A stretch of DNA of 64,000 bases from Elusimicrobiota bacterium (GTDB lineage Bacteria; Elusimicrobiota; Endomicrobiia; Endomicrobiales; JBDRNC01). The DNA is taken from the NCBI GenBank assembly GCA_043811535.1, contig JBDRNC010000018.1, positions 96,001-160,000 on the forward strand. Reading direction: 5' to 3'. Of the stretch, positions 58,016 to 64,000 are shown piece by piece. The first letter of the stretch is position 1. The number at the start of each line of letters is the position of its first letter. The translations under genes were made by a program, and so were the position numbers. Below the pieces are notes generated by a model. The model had not been told where the DNA came from. It made no database searches and saw only the letters and a list, made by a program, of their open reading frames with translations.

Positions 58016-58624
58016 TTATCTGAACAGTTTCAGGAACTTTTCTATCTCCGCCTTGACATCGCCGCCAGCGACCACTGCCGAGATGGCGCAAAGCGAGTCG
58101 GCTCCCGCCGCGATTACTTCAGAAGCGTTATCAAGGTTTATTCCGCCTATCGCGACAACCGGTATTTTCACGTCTTTTTTCACGGCTTTTATGAGTTCCA
58201 GTCCCGCCGGAGCGCCGGCATCCGGCTTTGTGCCGGTCGCGAATATCGGCGAAACGCCGAGATAGTCCGCCCCCATTCTTTCCGCTTCGAGGGCCTCTTT
58301 TACGTCGTGGACCGTTATTCCTACGGCCTTCATCCTGCCCAGCAGGCCGCGCGCCTTTCCGTATGAGGTATCATCCTGCCCTAAATGCACGCCGTCAGCG
58401 TTCACCGCGAGCGCGACGTCAACCCTGTCATTGACAATGAACGGCACGGCGCCGCACAGACTCTTCAGCGCCGCGGCTTCCCTGATGAGTTCCTCCGTAT
58501 TCCCTTCCTTATTCCTGTACTGAACCGCGCAAGCGCCGGCCTTGACAGCCTCGCGGACATCGTTTATGTTCCCTTTCCTGCTTAAACCCGCGTCGGTAAT
58601 GAAGTAATAACCTTTGAGATTCAT
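58016..58624 (-). CDS. thiE: Thiamine-phosphate synthase
   Basis: VQYRNK, IVNDRVD, DGVHLGQDD, T.TKPD, VAIGGI. ATG 58624. Confidence 0.96.
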   Translation of the reverse strand: MNLKGYYFITDAGLSRKGNINDVREAVKAGACAVQYRNKEGNTEELIREAAALKSLCGAVPFIVNDRVDVALAVNADGVHLGQDDTSYGKARGLLGRMKAVGITVHDVKEALEAERMGADYLGVSPIFATGTKPDAGAPAGLELIKAVKKDVKIPVVAIGGINLDNASEVIAAGADSLCAISAVVAGGDVKAEIEKFLKLFR

Positions 58625-58631
58625 ATATTTT

Positions 58632-58747
58632 CCCCTCTTTATTAAAGAGGGTTTAGGGGAGATTTTTCCCGCCACTGAAACGTTGGCGGGTCCGCCGAAG
58701 AAGTAGTGGTGGAAAATCCCCCTCTTATCCCCCTTTATAAAGGGGGA
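58632..58747. repeat. CCCCTCTTT..AAAGAGGGG palindromic repeat with a nested CCCGCC element
   Basis: Family also at 21988-22066, 42851-42905 and in-frame at 17744-17815. The inner part is the reverse complement of 45125-45169. Confidence 0.75.
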
Positions 58748-58753
58748 AGCACT

Positions 58754-59545
58754 TCAGCATTCTTCAATTTTCGCCATTTTGTCGGCTGTCGCGCCGTCTA
58801 GATTGAAAGCCGCGTCAAACAGCTTTTCCTTAAACGTCCCGGGCCCCTGCGCCGATTTCGCGGCTATCTCCGCGGCTATTTCAAAACACGCAAGCCCCGC
58901 GGCCGCCGCAAGCGCCAGATCTTTCTCAACCGCCGCGAAAGCGCCGATTACGGACGTCGCCATGCAGCCCGTGCCCACGACATGAGTCATCATCTTGTCG
59001 CCGTTTTTCACAATATACGAGTTTTTTCCGTCAGTTATTACGTCTTCCTTCCCGGTTATCACAACTGCGCATCCCTTGGCTTCCGCGAGTTTCCTGGCGA
59101 TCAGCATGAGGTCTTTCCCTATATCGGTTGAATCAACTCCTTTTGTCCTGACATTTTCTCCCGCTATCCTGGCCACTTCAGAGGCATTGCCTTTTATTAT
59201 GTCCACTCTTACTTCTTTCAGTATCTCAAAACATTTATCGTCGCGCAGCTTGGTGGCCCCCGCCCCGCACATATCCAGCACGACCGGTATGCCCTTCTTG
59301 TTAGCTCTTTTTGCCGCGATTTTCATGGCGTTGACAAAATCTACCGTCAGCGTGCCGATATTTAGCACGAGCGCCGACGCGATACCCGTCATGTCGGCGA
59401 CTTCCTCATGCGCGTGGGCCATGACCGGCGACGCCCCGAAGACCTTCACTATGTTCGCGCAGTCGTAGATCGTCACCCAGTTCGTAAGATGATGGACGAC
59501 CGGTTTTTCCTTCCTGATTTTTTCAAGCAAATGAGATACTTTCAT
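58754..59545 (-). CDS. thiM: Hydroxyethylthiazole kinase
   Basis: P.VHHLTN.V, GASPVMA, NIGTL, IKGNASE, GTGCM. ATG 59545. Confidence 0.96.
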   Translation of the reverse strand: MKVSHLLEKIRKEKPVVHHLTNWVTIYDCANIVKVFGASPVMAHAHEEVADMTGIASALVLNIGTLTVDFVNAMKIAAKRANKKGIPVVLDMCGAGATKLRDDKCFEILKEVRVDIIKGNASEVARIAGENVRTKGVDSTDIGKDLMLIARKLAEAKGCAVVITGKEDVITDGKNSYIVKNGDKMMTHVVGTGCMATSVIGAFAAVEKDLALAAAAGLACFEIAAEIAAKSAQGPGTFKEKLFDAAFNLDGATADKMAKIEEC

Positions 59546-59802
59546 TTGATAAACTCCTTTTTTATTAAACTCGAAGCTCGAAACTCTCCCGCTACAGCGG
59601 GACTTCATAAAGTTATTATCGGAAATCCGAAGTAAACAACAAACGAAAAACTACAACAAACAGCTCTGTTTGCTTTCTGACTTTTGTAGTTTTTTCGAGT
59701 TTCGAATTTAGTATTTCGGATTTTGTTCCGGCTCTATGAATTAGCTTTAACGGAAGCACTATTCTGGACTTTGCGGTATTTAGTGAAGTGTGTGTGCCAT
59801 GT

Positions 59803-59890
59803 TTCCTCCCTCCGCTGGCATTACCCAGATCAGGTTTTTGCGGTAATCCCGTTACTACGGGAACTCTCAGGCCGTTATACGACCTCCCTT
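59803..59890 (-). ncRNA. TPP riboswitch aptamer
   Basis: GGGAGGTCG...CGGCCTGAGAG...ACC...ACCTGATCTGGGTAATGCCAGCGGAGGGA upstream of thiM-thiE. Confidence 0.9.
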
Positions 59891-59978
59891 GATGTCAATT
59901 AAACCGAAGTGCCTAGTATAGGTACGACCTCCCTTGATGTCAATTAAACCGAAGTGCCTAGTATAGGTACGACCTCCC
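59878..59978. repeat. Perfect 45-bp tandem repeat (2 copies plus 11 bp)
   Basis: tacgacctcccttgatgtcaattaaaccgaagtgcctagtatagg twice, followed by tacgacctccc. Confidence 0.95.
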
Positions 59979-60051
59979 ACTTTTGCATATTATACTATAA
60001 ATACAGCAATCAATTAACAATTAGGAGCAAATTAATGATTATTAAGCACTG

Positions 60052-60642
60052 TTAATTGTTTTCTTCTTCCAGCTGCAGGGCTATTGCGGCGATTAGTTTC
60101 GGTATTCCCCAATTTTTCTCCGCGCTTACCCAGTGGATATCTTCGGCCCGCACGCCCAACTCATTGGCAACTTTTCCGCGCTGGCTGTCCTGCGCGCTCT
60201 TTGAGACTTTATCCGTTTTGTTTGCCACTATGGTAAAAGGTATGGCATTTGTCACCAGCCAATCCGTCATACTTTTATCAAGCTTTGTTGGCCCGACTTC
60301 CGCGTCAATGATAATATAAACCATCCGCAGATTAGGACGGGTTGTCAGATAACCCTCTATCATGGCGGGCCAGGCGCTCCGCTCCGACGCGGGACCCGTG
60401 GCATAGCCGTATCCCGGCAGATCTACCAGCCACCGGCCCTGACCGGCGCCGAACACATTTATTGTGCGTGTTTTGCCGGGTATCTGCGACGTATAGGCGA
60501 GTTTTTTGCGGCGGCACACGGCGTTGATGACAGAACTTTTGCCCACGTTGGAACGGCCGACAAAGGCGACCTCGGAAACGCTCTCTTCGAGAGCCGCCGA
60601 ATCCACGACAGTCTTTAAATATTTTATATCGCTAAACTTCAT
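60052..60642 (-). CDS. yihA: Ribosome biogenesis GTPase YihA/YsxC (EngB)
   Basis: GRSNVGKSS, PGKTR, VDLPGYGYA, NKTDK. Confidence 0.95.
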   Translation of the reverse strand: MKFSDIKYLKTVVDSAALEESVSEVAFVGRSNVGKSSVINAVCRRKKLAYTSQIPGKTRTINVFGAGQGRWLVDLPGYGYATGPASERSAWPAMIEGYLTTRPNLRMVYIIIDAEVGPTKLDKSMTDWLVTNAIPFTIVANKTDKVSKSAQDSQRGKVANELGVRAEDIHWVSAEKNWGIPKLIAAIALQLEEENN

Positions 60643-60672
60643 CAAATGGCCTCAATTTCCTGCAATAAATAT

Positions 60673-60951
60673 TCACCCGTGGTACGCCTTGCTGTTTTTA
60701 TGCCTGAATTCGACGAAAATCCTGCCGTAATTCCTGGCATCCTTCTTTACCCTGAAATAAAGGCATTCTATTTCCGGCCTTTCAAGGAACATCAGGACAT
60801 GTTTCTTAAGCTGCCCGCTGCCCTTGCCCGAGATGATTTCAACCAAAGGTATCCTTTTCTCAACCGCGTCGCTGATAACCTTGTTGAGAGCGGCTTCTAT
60901 TTCCCCGCCCTTTTTGTATATCGAATGCAAGTCCAATTTCAGTTTTGCCAT
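60673..60951 (-). CDS. Stand-alone Smr domain protein
   Basis: LKLDLH, VEIISGKGSGQLK, N.G motif. Confidence 0.85.
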   Translation of the reverse strand: MAKLKLDLHSIYKKGGEIEAALNKVISDAVEKRIPLVEIISGKGSGQLKKHVLMFLERPEIECLYFRVKKDARNYGRIFVEFRHKNSKAYHG

Positions 60952-61004
60952 ACTTTTAATGATCCTCTACCCACTATGCCGGGTGTGATTGTTAAGTTTA
61001 TCAG

Positions 61005-61226
61005 TTATCTGGTTATCAGATCAACGTACAAGTCTTCAACTTTTTTTCTTGCCCAGGGGGTTTTCCTGAGGAATGTCAGACTGGACTTGATGCTGGGATT
61101 CATATTAAAACACTTTATCCTGATCCTGCCGCCGAGTTCCTTGAATCCGTAATGAGCTACCAACCGCTCAAGTATCATCAACAATGTTACCCCGTGAAGA
61201 GGGTCTTTTGATTTTATATCGGTCAT
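61005..61226 (-). CDS. VF530/DUF2132-like small protein
   Basis: [38 protein letters not shown]. Confidence 0.88.
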   Translation of the reverse strand: MTDIKSKDPLHGVTLLMILERLVAHYGFKELGGRIRIKCFNMNPSIKSSLTFLRKTPWARKKVEDLYVDLITR

Positions 61227-61258
61227 TTCAAGGCTTCCTTTCATGACAAGCGCAAGAT

Positions 61259-64000
61259 TTATTTGTTTATTATCTCTTTTTTCTTCCAGAGGAAATACAC
61301 CGCGGGGTAAACAAGGAGTTCCATCAGGAAAGACGTGAATATGCCTCCAACCAAAGGGGCCGCTATGCGTTTCATCACGTCGGCGCCTATTTCGTAGCTC
61401 TGCGCCCACATGATTGGAAGCAGTCCTATGAACAGAACGGCCGCCGTCATCATTTTGGGGCGTATCCTCTTCACCGCGCCGTGGTGAACGGCGGATTTCA
61501 AGTCATCTATGGTTTTTAACAACCCCTTCTTTTTCATCTCGTCATGCGACAGGTCGAGATACAGAAGCATGAATATCCCGGTTTCGGCGTCCACGCCGAG
61601 AAGCGCAATGATACCCGACCAAACGCCGATTGACATGTTGTATCCCAGCAGAACCAGTATCCAAACTGCACCTATCAGCGAGAACGGCACCGCGAGAAGT
61701 ATTATAAACGTCTTGGCGTATGATTTTGTGTTAAGATAGATGAGAATGAATATTATGAAGAGCGTCAGAGGTATTACTGTTTTCATGCGCTCATTGACCC
61801 GTTCCATAAACTCGAACTGTCCGCTGAACTGGATGGAATACCCGGAAGGCAGTTCGACTTCCTTTTTTATCATCGCCTTCGCATCGTCAACGTAACTGCC
61901 CACATCCCTGTCCGCCACGTCTACGTAGACATATCCGGCCAGCCGGCCGTTCTCATCGCGTATCATGCCCGGCCCGGTCTCTTTTCTTATTTCGGCGACC
62001 TGCGAAAGCGGTATCTGGGCTCCCGAAGGTGTCGCTATGTACATCCTCTTTATCTTATCTATGTCGTTCCTTAATTCTCTGGGATAGCGCACGTTGACCG
62101 GGAACCTTTCCCTGCCTTCCACTGTCTGCGTAACGTTCTCCCCGCCTATCGCCGCCATTATGTTCATCCCGACATCTTCCACCGAGAGCCCGTATCTGGC
62201 CAGGGCGTCCCTGTTAAGGTCGAAATTAATGAAATACCCGCCGGCGGTCCGCTCGGCGAAGGCGCTCCTGGTGCCCTTGACCATCGCCAGGTGCGATTCT
62301 ATCTCTTTCCCTATTTTTTCTATCACCGACAGGTCGTCGCCGTATATCTTAATCCCTACAGGCGTCCTGACGCCTGTTGTCAGCATGTCTATCCTGCCTT
62401 TTATAGGCATCGTCCACGCGTTGACGACTCCGGGCAGTTTCAGCTTGGCGTCCATCTCGGAAATCAGCTCTTCCCAGCTTATCCTGTCGGGCCATACCAT
62501 GCGGAACGGGCCTTCCATGAAATCCGGGAGGAAGCTGTACCACCTGTCCTTGCGCCGCCACTCGTTCTGCGGCTTGAGCAATACTGTGGTTTCCATCATC
62601 GAAAGCGGCGCCGGGTCAGTGGACGTCTCGGCCCTTCCGGCCTTGCCGAACACGCTTATCACTTCGGGGAAGGATTTCAGGAGCTTATCCTGCGCCTGCA
62701 GGAGTTCCGCCGCCTGGCTTATTGAGATGCCGGGTAATGTCGTGGGCATGTAGAGTATGGACCCCTCGTTAAGCGGAGGCATAAACTCTTTCCCAAGCAT
62801 GAAGTAAGCCGGTATGGTCAGCATAAAAGCCAGCACCGCTCCGAAAATAACTTTGTATGGATGCCTGAGCACGGCATCTACCACCGGCCCGTATATTTTG
62901 AACAGGAACCTGGATATGGGATGATTTTCTTCGGAGTGTATCTTGCCCACAAAAACGGCATTGAAGAGTTTCGAGAGCCAACCGGGTTTGAAAATGAAAC
63001 CTTTGCTGCGTATAAGCAGGGTCATTATCGCCGGAACCAGCGTGACGGTGAGCAAGGCGGAGAAGAACATGGCGAAATTCTTGGTGAAAGCGAGCGGTTT
63101 GAAGAGCCGCCCCTCTATGCCCTCGAGCGTGAATATCGGTATGAAGGCGACCGCTATCACGATAAGCGAGAAGAAAGACGGCCTTGCCACTTCCTTGATG
63201 GAATTTATGAGAACTTCCGAAAAGCTCCCCTTGCCGCCTTCTTCCCTCCAGCGCGCGATGGACTTGTGCGCGTTCTCCACGATGACGATGGCGGCGTCCA
63301 CCATTGCGCCGATAGCGATGGCTATCCCCCCGAGCGACATCACGTTTGATGTCAGCTTCATGTAGTGCATGGGTATGAACGCGAGCAGTACGGCTATCGG
63401 AAGAGTGACAATTGGTATCACGGCGGAAGGGAAATGCAGAAGGAATATAAGGATAACCAGGGAAACGACGATCATTTCCTCGATAAGTTTCTTCTTGAGC
63501 GTATCCACTGCCCTATTGATGAGTTCAGAGCGGTCGTAGACCGGCACAACCTTCACGCCGTCCGGAAGCTGGATCTGCGAAAGCCTTTCCTTGACGCGCC
63601 CGATTGTGTTGAGCGCGTTCTCGCCATAACGCATCACGACGATCCCGCCGACGACCTCGCCGCTGCCGTCAAGCTCGGCGACGCCTCTCCTGATCTCCGG
63701 CCCCATCTCAACTTTCGCCACGTCCTTTATCTTCACGGGCACGCCGTTGCTCACTTTAAGCACGGCCTGCTCTATATCTTCCTTTTTCGTTATGTATCCC
63801 TTGACCGTAAGCATGTACTCCGTTCCGGAAAATTCGATCACGCGCGCGCCCGTTTCCTGGTTCGCGCTCTTGACGGCTTTAACAACGGATGAAAGGGGTA
63901 TTTTGAACTGCTGGAGGGCGTTAGGGTCCACAACGACCTGATATTGCTTGACATATCCGCCGATAGTGGCAACTTCGGAGACGCCCTTAACCGACTGAAG
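61259..64000 (-). CDS. cusA: CusA/CzcA heavy-metal efflux RND transporter (5' end outside the window)
   Basis: Frame stays open to the window edge ([15 protein letters not shown]...); [50 protein letters not shown]. Confidence 0.95.
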   Translation of the reverse strand, partial: LQSVKGVSEVATIGGYVKQYQVVVDPNALQQFKIPLSSVVKAVKSANQETGARVIEFSGTEYMLTVKGYITKKEDIEQAVLKVSNGVPVKIKDVAKVEMGPEIRRGVAELDGSGEVVGGIVVMRYGENALNTIGRVKERLSQIQLPDGVKVVPVYDRSELINRAVDTLKKKLIEEMIVVSLVILIFLLHFPSAVIPIVTLPIAVLLAFIPMHYMKLTSNVMSLGGIAIAIGAMVDAAIVIVENAHKSIARWREEGGKGSFSEVLINSIKEVARPSFFSLIVIAVAFIPIFTLEGIEGRLFKPLAFTKNFAMFFSALLTVTLVPAIMTLLIRSKGFIFKPGWLSKLFNAVFVGKIHSEENHPISRFLFKIYGPVVDAVLRHPYKVIFGAVLAFMLTIPAYFMLGKEFMPPLNEGSILYMPTTLPGISISQAAELLQAQDKLLKSFPEVISVFGKAGRAETSTDPAPLSMMETTVLLKPQNEWRRKDRWYSFLPDFMEGPFRMVWPDRISWEELISEMDAKLKLPGVVNAWTMPIKGRIDMLTTGVRTPVGIKIYGDDLSVIEKIGKEIESHLAMVKGTRSAFAERTAGGYFINFDLNRDALARYGLSVEDVGMNIMAAIGGENVTQTVEGRERFPVNVRYPRELRNDIDKIKRMYIATPSGAQIPLSQVAEIRKETGPGMIRDENGRLAGYVYVDVADRDVGSYVDDAKAMIKKEVELPSGYSIQFSGQFEFMERVNERMKTVIPLTLFIIFILIYLNTKSYAKTFIILLAVPFSLIGAVWILVLLGYNMSIGVWSGIIALLGVDAETGIFMLLYLDLSHDEMKKKGLLKTIDDLKSAVHHGAVKRIRPKMMTAAVLFIGLLPIMWAQSYEIGADVMKRIAAPLVGGIFTSFLMELLVYPAVYFLWKKKEIINK

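Noticed and set aside
59780..59800. Six-codon ORF MAHTLH right after the TPP aptamer as a leader peptide
   Set aside because: It has an SD but is too short to assess and has no informative codon bias; it may be a remnant start.
59878..59978. Possible mini-CRISPR array
   Set aside because: The intervening units are identical rather than unique spacers, the repeat is only 11 bp, and no cas genes are present.
61227..61409. N-terminal extension of the 134-aa ORF
   Set aside because: It overlaps the cusA 3' end; the recognisable VF530-like domain starts at 61226.
1..64000. Prophage, defence system, retron/DGR or autonomous IS
   Set aside because: No phage structural, reverse transcriptase, nuclease/methylase or transposase ORFs were recognisable in the window.

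Overview
Bacterial chromosomal segment with almost all genes on the minus strand. Gene content suggests an anaerobe; an Elusimicrobiota-like origin is only my impression from gene order and repeat style. In order: a core housekeeping block (metF, MetV-like, pth, rplY, prs, glmU, tRNA-Gln, spoVG, ispE, TPR protein, rimI, pdxA, two PPIases, mfd); an accessory block (spermidine-synthase-like membrane protein, GNAT, three secreted glycoside hydrolases, histidine kinase, two small membrane-protein paralogs, MscS, MATE); a plus-strand AmmeMemoRadiSam operon; a nitrogen locus (glnK, amtB, PEP/pyruvate-binding protein) with three ANTAR-type attenuators; 2-oxoacid:ferredoxin oxidoreductase plus a large PerR/Fur-led oxidative-stress and iron-storage cluster; then copA, SPFH, terC, ccdA/thioredoxin, nadA, a GT39-like gene, thiE/thiM under a TPP riboswitch, yihA and a partial cusA. 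The most striking unexplained signals are non-coding. (1) A conserved 'hairpin-TCRCATAAGGCARTTYA-Shine-Dalgarno' module lies directly before six unrelated start codons, often with a stranded second SD upstream and sometimes stacked. (2) CCCCGTTAGA...TCTAACGGGG miniature inverted-repeat elements sit at gene junctions, where they supply new stop and start codons, or in-frame inside mfd. Many other REP-like palindromes and short-period repeats fill the intergenic gaps. No CRISPR array, rRNA or transposase was seen.
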